From an uncultured Rhodothermales bacterium (GTDB lineage: Bacteria > Bacteroidota > Rhodothermia > Rhodothermales > Salinibacteraceae): a stretch of 64,000 nucleotides of DNA. Shown here piece by piece: positions 44,592 through 56,153 of the stretch. A model generated the notes under the pieces. It saw only the letters and a list, made by a program, of their open reading frames with translations, ran no database searches and was not told the DNA's origin. Both the position numbers and the translations under genes were made by a program. Position 1 is the stretch's first letter; each line of letters starts with the position of its first letter. The stretch covers positions 34,841 through 98,840 of the forward strand of contig CAYUVF010000005.1 of assembly GCA_964448045.1 (NCBI GenBank), in the 5' to 3' direction.

Positions 44592-45551
44592 ATGAAGAAG
44601 AGTGTATTATGGGGCATGAAAGGGCTGCTCGGCTGTGCGGCGGTGGGCTACCTCGTCCACATGATTGAAGTGGACGCTCTATGGACCGCGCTCAAACGCG
44701 TCGATCCATTCTGGATCGCGGTGGCCGGTGGACTCGCCCCCCTCGTGGTACTCCTCGATGCTGTGGTCTGGCGCCGCCTGCTCACGCCTGTTCTTCCCAA
44801 TGCCTCCTCGGCCTCCGTCCTCCGCGCCGTCCTCCGCGGATCGGCGTTGGGGCTGGTGACGCCGGCACGCCTCGGCGAATTTGCGGGCCGGGCCCTCTCC
44901 TTTCCCGAGGCCGATCCGTGGACGCTGAGCGCGACTGTGTTTGCACAACGGGTGATCGACATGGCGATCTGTGCTGGACTGGGACTGGCAGCGTTGGGAA
45001 TGGCGCTTCATGCCGGATGGCTTCCCACCCGTCCGCTCTGGCTCGGCCTAACCGCGAGCGTCGCTGCCACGTGTGGGATGCTCCTGTGGAGCATCACCCA
45101 TCCCCGGCAGACGTCTCATCTGATCCGTCGGCTTGCCCCCAACTTCGGCGGTCTGCATCGACGTATTAAATTTCTCGAACAGATTGCCCCTCGAACGGGC
45201 CGCCGGGTACTGCAAACGGCCCTCCTCCGGCAGAGCCTTTTCTGTGCCCAGTTCGCATCGCTGGTGCTCGCCTTCGGCCCCGTCGTGGCCCTCCTCGATC
45301 TGGCCGCCGGCATCCTGTTGGTCTTCCTCGCCAAATTTCTGATGCCCTCCGTGACGCTGCTCGATCTGGGCGTGCGCGAAGGCGCAGCCGTGTTTTTCCT
45401 CGGCGCCGTGGGCGTCGGTCCAGCCGCAGCCTTCAACGCAGCCCTGCTGTTGTTTGTGCTGACCGGCGTGCTCCCCGCGCTTGCAGGCCTACCCTACGCG
45501 CTGCAGCTCCGCCTCAATCCATCAGCCGCCGTCTCGAGCTCCTCGGCCTGA
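44592..45551 (+). CDS. UPF0104 / LPG-synthase-TM (flippase-like) membrane protein
   Basis: Typical N-terminus (K..L....L......YL.......W..L......W...A) and 8 or more TM helices. Starts 12 nt after the barrel gene. Confidence 0.65.
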   Translation: MKKSVLWGMKGLLGCAAVGYLVHMIEVDALWTALKRVDPFWIAVAGGLAPLVVLLDAVVWRRLLTPVLPNASSASVLRAVLRGSALGLVTPARLGEFAGRALSFPEADPWTLSATVFAQRVIDMAICAGLGLAALGMALHAGWLPTRPLWLGLTASVAATCGMLLWSITHPRQTSHLIRRLAPNFGGLHRRIKFLEQIAPRTGRRVLQTALLRQSLFCAQFASLVLAFGPVVALLDLAAGILLVFLAKFLMPSVTLLDLGVREGAAVFFLGAVGVGPAAAFNAALLLFVLTGVLPALAGLPYALQLRLNPSAAVSSSSA

Positions 45552-45569
45552 GTTTACTTACGTGCAATC

Positions 45570-46274
45570 TTGTATTTGAGCTTTGATTACGTAACCTCAT
45601 GTCAATCAAAGGATAACGTGTCTATCGGTCGACGTATTATTCCACGCATCGCCACGCATGGAGCGCGATGGATCAGGGGCTTCTTTCCCGATCTGCTTTG
45701 GCGTATCGATACGGAAGTGCCCGTGGCCTATTTGACGTTCGACGATGGCCCTACGCCCCAAGTCACTGAATCTCTGCTCGATACGCTGTCGGCCTACGAC
45801 GCAACCGCAACCTTCTTTTTGATTGGTGGCCACGCTGAGGAGCATCCGGAGCTGGTTCGTGCGATTGATCGGGCGGGCCACCGTATCGGCAATCACACCT
45901 TCACGCACCCTCACCCGTGGCAGACGCCTGACGTGCAACTCATGGACGAGTTGAACCGGACGACAGAGCGGCTCCAGCGCCTCACCCGTAGGCCCATCCG
46001 ATGCATGCGTCCACCCTACGGCGAAGTTACAGGCGCACAGCGAACCTGGTGCGCCAAACACCAGCAGCGGATGGTCATGTGGGATGTGATGCCCGGCGAT
46101 TATCTGCAAACCGCCACGGCCAACGGCGTGGCGCGCTTCGTGCTTAAGCACATCCGTCCGGGTTCCATCGTCGTACTTCACGATAATCCGATCTGCGAGC
46201 ATGTAACCCCGGCCGCGTTGAAGACGATCCTGCGACGACTGACTCGCGATGGATGGCAGTTCGAGGCGCTCTAA
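45570..46274 (+). CDS. polysaccharide deacetylase (NodB homology domain)
   Basis: YLTFDDGP, HRIGNHTFTHP and RPPYGE motifs. The start is uncertain (TTG 45570 or GTG 45618). Confidence 0.85.
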   Translation: MYLSFDYVTSCQSKDNVSIGRRIIPRIATHGARWIRGFFPDLLWRIDTEVPVAYLTFDDGPTPQVTESLLDTLSAYDATATFFLIGGHAEEHPELVRAIDRAGHRIGNHTFTHPHPWQTPDVQLMDELNRTTERLQRLTRRPIRCMRPPYGEVTGAQRTWCAKHQQRMVMWDVMPGDYLQTATANGVARFVLKHIRPGSIVVLHDNPICEHVTPAALKTILRRLTRDGWQFEAL

Positions 46275-47197
46275 CGACGCTCCGGTGCGCGAGGCGCCTT
46301 CTGCGCCAGATGCGCCTCCGCCCAGTCCCGCTTCTCCCGGGGCACCATGAGGTACTCCCGCTCGCCGTCGTCTTCGGGCGCCAACGCCTGTACGGGCTGA
46401 AGGGACGCAGGGCAGGCGCGATAGCACTGGTAGTCCGCCGCGTCGAAGATCTGCTCAAGCTCGCCCTCGATGCGCCCGGGGAGCACTTCGCAAAAAATGA
46501 TGGGGCGGTCGGTGCGGAGCACGTCTTCGGCGCCCCGCAGCACCCGATGCTCACTGGCCTCGGTGTCAATCTTGAGCACATCGATGGGCTGACGCAAGTG
46601 GGCACGCGCAAACTGATCGAGCGTCCGGGTGTCCACCTTAAACGAGCGCGTGAGCGGCGTCCGGCTGGAGAGCTTCTCGTTGAAGCCCGCCGTGGCCGTC
46701 AGGTGATGATCCAGATGTTCGAAGGTAGGGTCAATCGCCACGTGAAATGTCTCGGTGCCCGCTGTGTCGGAGAGCGCCACAGGATGCGCCTCAATCTGAT
46801 CAGTGGACCCATTCAGCCGGATATTGCGGCGCAGGTAGTGGAAGGCGCCCGGAAGCGGCTCGAAGGCGTGCACCCGCACGTCCGGATTGCATGCAGCAGC
46901 TACAACCGCGTAATATCCGAGGTTGCTCCCCACATCACAGAACGTCTGGGCCGATTGGAGGAGCGGAAGAAAGCAGCGCATGGACCCCCATTCGTAGGCC
47001 GCCGCGCCCTCAAAAAAGAGACGCTTCGCCATAAAACTGGTAGGGTTCGTCGCCAGCCGGATGCGCGTGCGGGGCGCCACCTCCACCGTAAACGTGCCGG
47101 TGATGCGCGGGTGATAGTCGTAGTGCAGCCACGGTGCCAGCGGACGCATCAAGTGCCGCACCGCGTAATTCACCGGCGGCCAGAAAAGTGGGTTCAT
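46271..47197 (-). CDS. FkbM-family SAM-dependent methyltransferase
   Basis: FCDVGSNLGYY, HAFEP and IDVLKIDTEASE motifs. Its stop overlaps the deacetylase stop by 4 nt (convergent genes). Confidence 0.8.
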   Translation of the reverse strand: MNPLFWPPVNYAVRHLMRPLAPWLHYDYHPRITGTFTVEVAPRTRIRLATNPTSFMAKRLFFEGAAAYEWGSMRCFLPLLQSAQTFCDVGSNLGYYAVVAAACNPDVRVHAFEPLPGAFHYLRRNIRLNGSTDQIEAHPVALSDTAGTETFHVAIDPTFEHLDHHLTATAGFNEKLSSRTPLTRSFKVDTRTLDQFARAHLRQPIDVLKIDTEASEHRVLRGAEDVLRTDRPIIFCEVLPGRIEGELEQIFDAADYQCYRACPASLQPVQALAPEDDGEREYLMVPREKRDWAEAHLAQKAPRAPERR

Positions 47198-47470
47198 GTG
47201 GGAGTCCGTAAGGAGGTACAGTACATGCGAATCAGTCTACCGGGCGGTAGAGAACGGCTTATCGCTCACCGAGCGTTCGCAGTGCTCCCACGCAGTCATG
47301 AAGATACATGTTGGACTTCTCGTGATCAATGGACGGCTAATTCATCAAAGAAGGGTAGAAAAGGATTCTTCCAATGAAGCACACGTCTGTCGCGGAACCC
47401 CTGTAACGATTCTATGCTTTTACTATCGCATGATCGCCCGAATCGACCGTTCACCACATCCTGCCACGAC

Positions 47471-50218
<2,748 letters not shown>

Positions 50219-50247
50219 TGATCCATCCACATCGCGTGAAACTAAAG

Positions 50248-50287
50248 CGCCCTACCTGGTTTCACAGGTAGGGCGTTTGTATTTTGG
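50248..50287 (+). terminator. intrinsic terminator after acnA
   Basis: 11-bp stem cgccctacctg (50248-50258) / caggtagggcg (50265-50275) followed by tttgtattttgg. Confidence 0.8.
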
Positions 50288-50366
50288 TGGACGCTGATAC
50301 GGCGGCACGCGGAGAAGCCCCACGGACTCGCTCTTAAAGTTTCCTATAACGGAGATGAGTTTATAG

Positions 50367-53300
50367 ATGCGGATCGAACGGGTGGCCCTAGTCGGGAGGT
50401 TGAGCCGATCTTTGGTCGTGCTGCTGGCCCTGCTGACGGGACTGAGCGCCTGTGTGCCCACGCAACCGGAGGCCAATGAGCCCGCGGCCGAAGTGCAAAC
50501 ACAGCCCGCCGCCACATCGCGCCCTCCCCCAGTGGCGGACCGATCGCCCCTCATCCCGCCGCGGTTCGAGACCCTCACCGTGTCCGACGGGCTGGTTTCG
50601 AACGAAGCGAATGTCTTCCTGCAGGACCGTCAGGGCTTCCTCTGGATTGGCACCTTCGGGGGGCTGAGCCGATTCGATGGCGCCACGTTTACAAACTTCG
50701 TTTACGACCCCGCGGACCCTACGAGTCTTGCCGAGAATAAGGTCAATAGCCTCTTCGAAGACCGAACCGGCTCGATCTGGGTCGGGACCAACGGCGGGCT
50801 GGACCGCTTCGACCCCAAGACGGAGACGTTCACGCACTATCGCCATGACCCCGCGGACGCCACGAGTCTGAACCATAACGTGGTTCGTGCGGTCGTGGAG
50901 GGGGCAGCCGGCGCGATCTGGGCCGGAACGCGCGGTGGCGGTCTGAATCGGCTCGATCCGGCGACCGGGGTGCTGACACGGGCTCCGCGTGCGATTATCG
51001 ACCCGGAGGCGATCGAGGAGGAAGTGTTCGCCCTTCTCGCGAGTAAGGACGGTACGTTATGGGTCGGCGGCACCGACGGGCTCGCGCGCTACGATCCGTC
51101 GACGGAGACCTTTTCGGTCGTTCGGCGTGAGGGCGGTGATCCGGAAGCGGCTCCCCTTCCAACCATCTACAGCCTGTGCCGCGATCAGAATGGAGTGATT
51201 TGGGCCGGCAGCCGCACCGCGGGCTTATTTCGATACGACCCCACGTCGCAAGCCGTCGTCCACTATCCACACGACCCGGCGGCGCCCGGCGCCATCGGAG
51301 ACCCCTGGGTCCTCTCGATCATCGAGGACGCTACGGGCACCCTCTGGGCGGGCACGAACGGGGCAGGACTTCACCGATACGATCGGGCGTCGGACACATT
51401 CACACGGTTCACGTACGATCCTGCGAACCCGGAAAGCCTGCGCGACAACAACGTATTGTCGCTGTTTGAGAGCCGGGACGGCGTGCTCTGGGTAGGCACG
51501 TATGGCGGACTCGCGCGGCGGTACCCGCTCTCCCGGCACGTCGCCCGCGAGAGCGTCCGAGCGGACGATGCGCGCAGTCTCCGCTCCAACGCGGTCACGG
51601 CGTTCGCCGAGGATGCATCAGGCGCATTATGGGTGGGCACTGACGGTTCGGGGCTCAACCGACGCGAAACGTCAGCAGCCGGCGATTTTATGCGGGTGCC
51701 CTACGAGCAGCGCCGGCCCAATTCGCGTGCGGCAACCGATATCCTCTCCCTCACGCTCGACGATGACGGCGTGCTTTGGGTCGGCGCCGTCGGCGGCCTG
51801 TACTGGCGCGACCCCGACACGGGACGCTTCACGCAATTCCTCGACGCCGGGATCGACGCCGGCAACCAGGACGTGGTCGTGTACGACGTGAAGGCCACCG
51901 GTCGGCGAGTGCTTGCCGGCGCGGGCGTCGAAGGCGTCCTCGACATTGCGTTGGCCGAAGGCCGCACGGCGCGCGCCAAAATTGCCGACACGCCCGTCGT
52001 GGTCACCGCGGTGCTCCGCGACCGCACGGGAGAGATCTGGGCGGGGACGTACAATGTCGGATTGTGGCGCGTAGTCACGAGAAGCGGCGCGCCGCCCCGT
52101 CTACAGCGCGTCCTGCTGGCGCTCAGCTCCCAGCAAATCAACACCCTGTACGAAGACCGCACCGGCGCCATCTGGATTGGGACCGGCGACGGGCTCAACC
52201 GGCTGGTCATCGACGGGGCGGATACCACCCTCACGCGCTTCCACCGCGCCAACGGGCTGCCCGACACGGTCATCAGGGGTCTCATCGAAGACCGCCAGGG
52301 CCGCCTCTGGATCGCGACCTCGACGGGCCTGTCCTGGCTCGACCCCCAGACCGAGACCTTCGTGTCATACGACGCTCAGGATGGCATGGTGACAGGTGGG
52401 CCGCTCTACCGGAGCCCGCGCACCGGGCGAATCTACGTTGGCGGCAACTTCGGCTACGCGTCCTTCGACCCAGAGGCGCTGACGGTCGAGCCTCCACCGC
52501 CCGCGCCCGTGTTGACAGGACTGCGAATGAGTGGGGACCCCGTGCGGATCGGGGCCGACGGGTCGCCGCTCCTTCGCGCGCTTTCCATGACGGATGACCT
52601 GCGACTTCGCCACCACGACCGGGTCATGACTTTGGGGTTTGCTTCTCTCGACTTCCGTGCGCCGAGCAAACACCGCTACGCCGTGCGCCTCGATGGCTTC
52701 GACGACACCTGGCGAGCGGTCGGTACGCAGCGGCACGCCACGTTTACCAACCTCAGTCCCGGCCCGTACACGTTTCGCGTACGCGCAGCAGGTCGGGATG
52801 GGGTCTGGGGACGCGAATCGGTCCTCGGAGTGACCATCGTACCGCCCTGGTGGCAGACGTGGTGGGCCTACTTCGGCTATGCGCTCCTCGCCGCCGGGCT
52901 TGTGACGGCGGTGTACCAAGACCGACGGCGCCGCCTGCAGCTACGTCATCGGCTGGAGATCGAGCAAATCGAAGCCGCAAAGCTCCGGGAGCTCGACCAC
53001 GCCCGCAGTCGCTTCTTCGCGAACGTCAGCCACGAGTTCCGGACACCTCTCACGCTGACCCTCGGGCCGCTCAACGACATGAAGGCCGGACTCTACGGCC
53101 CGCTCGACGCCCCGATAGCCCAGCAGGTGGATCTTGCGCGCCGCAATGCCGGCCGCGTGCTCGATCTCATCAACCAGATTCTCGACGTGGCCCGCCTCGA
53201 AGCCGGTCGGTCCCCGCTCCATGCTCGGCTGCTCGACCTCGGTCCATTCGTCGAAGGCGTTGCGCAGCCGTTCCAGACGCTGGCCGAACGCAGGGCGATG

Positions 53301-54635
53301 ACCTTCGAGGTCGAGCTTCCCCCCGCCCCCATTGAGGTCTTCGCCGATGCGCCGCAGTTGCAGAAGGTCGTTGCTAACCTGCTCTCGAACGCGCTCAAGT
53401 TCACCCCCGAGGGCGGAATTGTCCGTGTATTGATCACATCCGAGGATGGAGCGGCGCATGTGACCGTCCGCGACAGCGGCCCCGGCATTCCGGCGTCCGA
53501 CCTGCCCCACGTCTTCGACCGGTTCTACCAGGTTAGCGAACCGGCGCAGACGCAGATGGGCACAGGCATTGGGCTGGCGCTGGCGAAAGAGATCATGGAT
53601 CTCCACGGCGGCACGCTCGCCGTGGAGAGCGAGGAAGGGTTCGGGAGCACATTCACCGTCACGCTGCCGCTCGGACGGGCGCATCTCGCCCCGGAGCAGA
53701 TCGACGAGGCCGCTGAGCCATGGACGCCGAGCACGACACTACTCATCGCTGAACCCGACGAGCACGGCATCCCCGCGTTCGCCGGCGAGAATCCAGCTGC
53801 CGACGTCACGACGATCCTCGTAGTGGAAGACCACGCCGAGGTGCGCGCCTACGTCCGCCGCCACCTTGAAGCCACTCCGGAAGGACATCCCACCTACCGT
53901 GTCCTCGAAGCCGCCGATGGCGAGGCCGGGCTGGCCCTTGCGAAAGCGCGCCTGACGGACCTTGTGCTCTCCGACGTGATGATGCCCAAGCTCGACGGAC
54001 TGGAACTGTGCCGTGCGCTCAAGGCCGACCCCGAGACCGACTTCATCCCCGTCATTCTGCTCACGGCGAAGGCCGCGCCCGAGGATAAGATTGAGGGGCT
54101 CGGCGAGTTGGCCGACGATTACCTCACCAAGCCGTTCGACCCGGCCGAACTGCAAGCCCGCATCGCAAACCTGATCACCGTGCGTACGCGGCTACGCGAC
54201 CGGTTCCGTAAGGAAGGGATGGTGCTCGTAGGGACCGAGGATGCTCCCGCTCCAACGCGCCTCCCCGCCCCGGAGGCCGTACCGTCCGCCGCCGACGTCT
54301 TCCTGATAGAGGTGCGCGAGGCCGTCGGGGCGCACCTCAGCGACGAGACGTTCTCGGTCCAGCGGCTGGCCGACGAAGTAGGGGTGAGCCGGGGGCACCT
54401 CCACCGGCAACTTAAAGCTTTTGTGGGGCAGACGCCCACTGACCTGATCCGAATGGCGCGGCTGGAACGGGCTACGCACCTGTTAGCGAGACGGGCTGGA
54501 ACTGTCAGTGAGATCGCGTATGCCGTCGGGTTTAAGAGCATCGGGCACTTTTCGGATAGCTTTATGGAAGCGTATGGGTGTCGGCCGTCCGCCTATGCCG
54601 CCCGCAAGGGAGCGGCCGAGGATGAGGCGTCGTAG
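50367..54635 (+). CDS. hybrid two-component system sensor/regulator (propeller repeats + Y_Y_Y + HisKA + HATPase + receiver + AraC HTH)
   Basis: About 700 aa of repeated G.LW.GT..GL.R.D motifs, TM helix WWAYFGYALLAAGLVTAVY, H-box FFANVSHEFRTPLT and ATPase GTGIGLALAKEI. Receiver ILVVEDH...SDVMMPKLDG...LTAK, and C-terminal AraC HTH (YAVGFKSIGHFSDSFMEAYGCRP). Confidence 0.9.
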   Translation: MRIERVALVGRLSRSLVVLLALLTGLSACVPTQPEANEPAAEVQTQPAATSRPPPVADRSPLIPPRFETLTVSDGLVSNEANVFLQDRQGFLWIGTFGGLSRFDGATFTNFVYDPADPTSLAENKVNSLFEDRTGSIWVGTNGGLDRFDPKTETFTHYRHDPADATSLNHNVVRAVVEGAAGAIWAGTRGGGLNRLDPATGVLTRAPRAIIDPEAIEEEVFALLASKDGTLWVGGTDGLARYDPSTETFSVVRREGGDPEAAPLPTIYSLCRDQNGVIWAGSRTAGLFRYDPTSQAVVHYPHDPAAPGAIGDPWVLSIIEDATGTLWAGTNGAGLHRYDRASDTFTRFTYDPANPESLRDNNVLSLFESRDGVLWVGTYGGLARRYPLSRHVARESVRADDARSLRSNAVTAFAEDASGALWVGTDGSGLNRRETSAAGDFMRVPYEQRRPNSRAATDILSLTLDDDGVLWVGAVGGLYWRDPDTGRFTQFLDAGIDAGNQDVVVYDVKATGRRVLAGAGVEGVLDIALAEGRTARAKIADTPVVVTAVLRDRTGEIWAGTYNVGLWRVVTRSGAPPRLQRVLLALSSQQINTLYEDRTGAIWIGTGDGLNRLVIDGADTTLTRFHRANGLPDTVIRGLIEDRQGRLWIATSTGLSWLDPQTETFVSYDAQDGMVTGGPLYRSPRTGRIYVGGNFGYASFDPEALTVEPPPPAPVLTGLRMSGDPVRIGADGSPLLRALSMTDDLRLRHHDRVMTLGFASLDFRAPSKHRYAVRLDGFDDTWRAVGTQRHATFTNLSPGPYTFRVRAAGRDGVWGRESVLGVTIVPPWWQTWWAYFGYALLAAGLVTAVYQDRRRRLQLRHRLEIEQIEAAKLRELDHARSRFFANVSHEFRTPLTLTLGPLNDMKAGLYGPLDAPIAQQVDLARRNAGRVLDLINQILDVARLEAGRSPLHARLLDLGPFVEGVAQPFQTLAERRAMTFEVELPPAPIEVFADAPQLQKVVANLLSNALKFTPEGGIVRVLITSEDGAAHVTVRDSGPGIPASDLPHVFDRFYQVSEPAQTQMGTGIGLALAKEIMDLHGGTLAVESEEGFGSTFTVTLPLGRAHLAPEQIDEAAEPWTPSTTLLIAEPDEHGIPAFAGENPAADVTTILVVEDHAEVRAYVRRHLEATPEGHPTYRVLEAADGEAGLALAKARLTDLVLSDVMMPKLDGLELCRALKADPETDFIPVILLTAKAAPEDKIEGLGELADDYLTKPFDPAELQARIANLITVRTRLRDRFRKEGMVLVGTEDAPAPTRLPAPEAVPSAADVFLIEVREAVGAHLSDETFSVQRLADEVGVSRGHLHRQLKAFVGQTPTDLIRMARLERATHLLARRAGTVSEIAYAVGFKSIGHFSDSFMEAYGCRPSAYAARKGAAEDEAS

Positions 54636-54702
54636 CGGGGAACGGGCAAGGGAAACGGGTGCGCAGCATGGAGACGCTCCAGCCTTCGTCCACCCGACTG
54701 CT

Positions 54703-54731
54703 GGAGACAAGACGCAAGGAGACAAGACGCA
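54703..54731. repeat. tandem 14-mer (ggagacaagacgca) x2, 15-bp period
   Basis: 54703-54716 is identical to 54718-54731, in the spacer downstream of the sensor gene. Confidence 0.9.
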
Positions 54732-54760
54732 TACAGTGATGTCACCATCTCTTCTGTCTG

Positions 54761-54774
54761 CGTCACATGTGACG
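54761..54774. promoter_or_regulatory. perfect 14-bp palindrome cgtcacatgtgacg (candidate operator)
   Basis: Self-complementary over all 14 positions. It lies about 120 bp upstream of the ATG at 54895. Confidence 0.35.
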
Positions 54775-54894
54775 TGCGCAGAACACGAGGGGACGTGGGC
54801 AGAACGACGGAACGCATACGCGGGGCTATATAGGGAGCGAGGCGCCGACCTTCTCGGTCAGGCACCGCTAATCCAAACTCTCTTAAGGCCCGTT

Positions 54895-55578
54895 ATGAAC
54901 CGTTTTGAACAAAGTATCTGCTTTCTTCTGCTGTTTCTCTTTATCGCTCCCTCGAGTCTATGGGCCGCATCTGGTCTTTCGGATTCGGAGCCCCAAATGG
55001 GCGAGGATCCGCCCACGCTCGTTGGCCATCTGCGCACGGAACTCCGCGCGGGAACGACCACCCGCCAAGAACTGGCTCTCATCGACGTAATTCGTCTCGG
55101 TAGCTGTTTTACTTCCTGTACGGTACAACTCCAATCGCTGGGCAAACAAAGTGTCCGCGTGCAGATCGATAACCCCACTGGATTGGGCGCACTCCTGGAC
55201 CTGAGTAGCCTCAGTCCCGATCTACTCAAACTCTACCACACTGGCACGACAGATGGGCTCCGTTTGCTGGCCCTGTCCGCCATCATGGGCCATGGCAGCG
55301 AGGAAGTCATTGAGTCGCTGATTAGTACGCCTTCGTCGCAATCGGCCCGCGTGCGTGAGCTGACCCAACGGGTCGTCGCTCACTACTTTTTCGAGGTGTA
55401 CCCGGAGCTGCTGCGTGAGGGACAAAAGAGTCACTCCGTATCGCTGGAGGAGATCGCCGAGCTTCGGGTAGAGCGTAAGCGCCAAACCCGCAGGGCCGCA
55501 CGCCGGGCTGCCAAGCAGGCCCAACAGGCCGCTACGCAGGCCGAGGAAGCCACGGCGCCGTCGGGGCAGAACGACTGA
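54895..55578 (+). CDS. hypothetical exported protein with basic Ala/Gln/Arg-rich tail
   Basis: ATG 54895 gives the leader MNRFEQSICFLLLFLFIAPSSLWAAS. The longer ORF from 54508 would overlap the sensor gene. No family recognised. Confidence 0.5.
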   Translation: MNRFEQSICFLLLFLFIAPSSLWAASGLSDSEPQMGEDPPTLVGHLRTELRAGTTTRQELALIDVIRLGSCFTSCTVQLQSLGKQSVRVQIDNPTGLGALLDLSSLSPDLLKLYHTGTTDGLRLLALSAIMGHGSEEVIESLISTPSSQSARVRELTQRVVAHYFFEVYPELLREGQKSHSVSLEEIAELRVERKRQTRRAARRAAKQAQQAATQAEEATAPSGQND

Positions 55579-55619
55579 GTTGCCGCCGGAAGCACCTACG
55601 CCGCGAGGGGGTGCCCCTT

Positions 55620-55649
55620 GAGGCCCGTGGATCGATTCCACGGGCCCTC
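55620..55649 (+). other. stable hairpin between the orphan gene and the receiver gene
   Basis: gaggcccgtgga / tccacgggccctc, a 12-bp stem with one bulged C and loop tcgat. There is no U-tract, so its function is uncertain. Confidence 0.4.
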
Positions 55650-55745
55650 GTGGCAGCTTCATCGGCTCGATGAGGCCGGTTTGCTTCACCTTGTGAACGT
55701 TCTAAGCCGTGCCTAACCGATCCCACGCTATTGTCCGCCTTCGAC

Positions 55746-56117
55746 ATGTCTCTACCATTCACCGTGCTGATCGCCGACGACGATGCGGATATGCGGCTCT
55801 ACCTGACGGGTTGCCTGAATGGCTTGGGCCTCCCGAATCTCACGATCTCGGAGGCCGCCAACGGGCGGGAGGCGCTCCACCTCGCTCATGCCCTGGTACC
55901 TGCACTTGTCGTCAGCGATATGCTGATGGTTGGTCTGGATGGCGTGGCCTTGTGCCGGGCGCTCAAAGCAGATCCTCGAACGGCCGCCATTCCGTTTCTC
56001 CTGATCAGCGGCGAAACGCGCGCCCCGCTCGACTGCGCCGACGCCTTTCTGGAAAAACCCTTCGACGCCGCCGGGTTGCGGGCACACGTCGAGCGCCTGC
56101 TTCCCCGTCCCGCCTAA
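55746..56117 (+). CDS. stand-alone response-regulator receiver (CheY-like)
   Basis: VLIADDD, phospho-acceptor context VVSDMLMVGLDG and FLEKPF. There is no output domain. Confidence 0.85.
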   Translation: MSLPFTVLIADDDADMRLYLTGCLNGLGLPNLTISEAANGREALHLAHALVPALVVSDMLMVGLDGVALCRALKADPRTAAIPFLLISGETRAPLDCADAFLEKPFDAAGLRAHVERLLPRPA

Positions 56118-56153
56118 TGGACTTCTTGCCTCCTCCAACCTTCGCCCACCGTC

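Noticed and set aside
54508-54894. N-terminal 129 codons of ORF 54508..55578
   Set aside because: This part overlaps the 3' end of the sensor gene in another frame and is Arg/Pro-rich. A proper signal-peptide start exists at the ATG at 54895.
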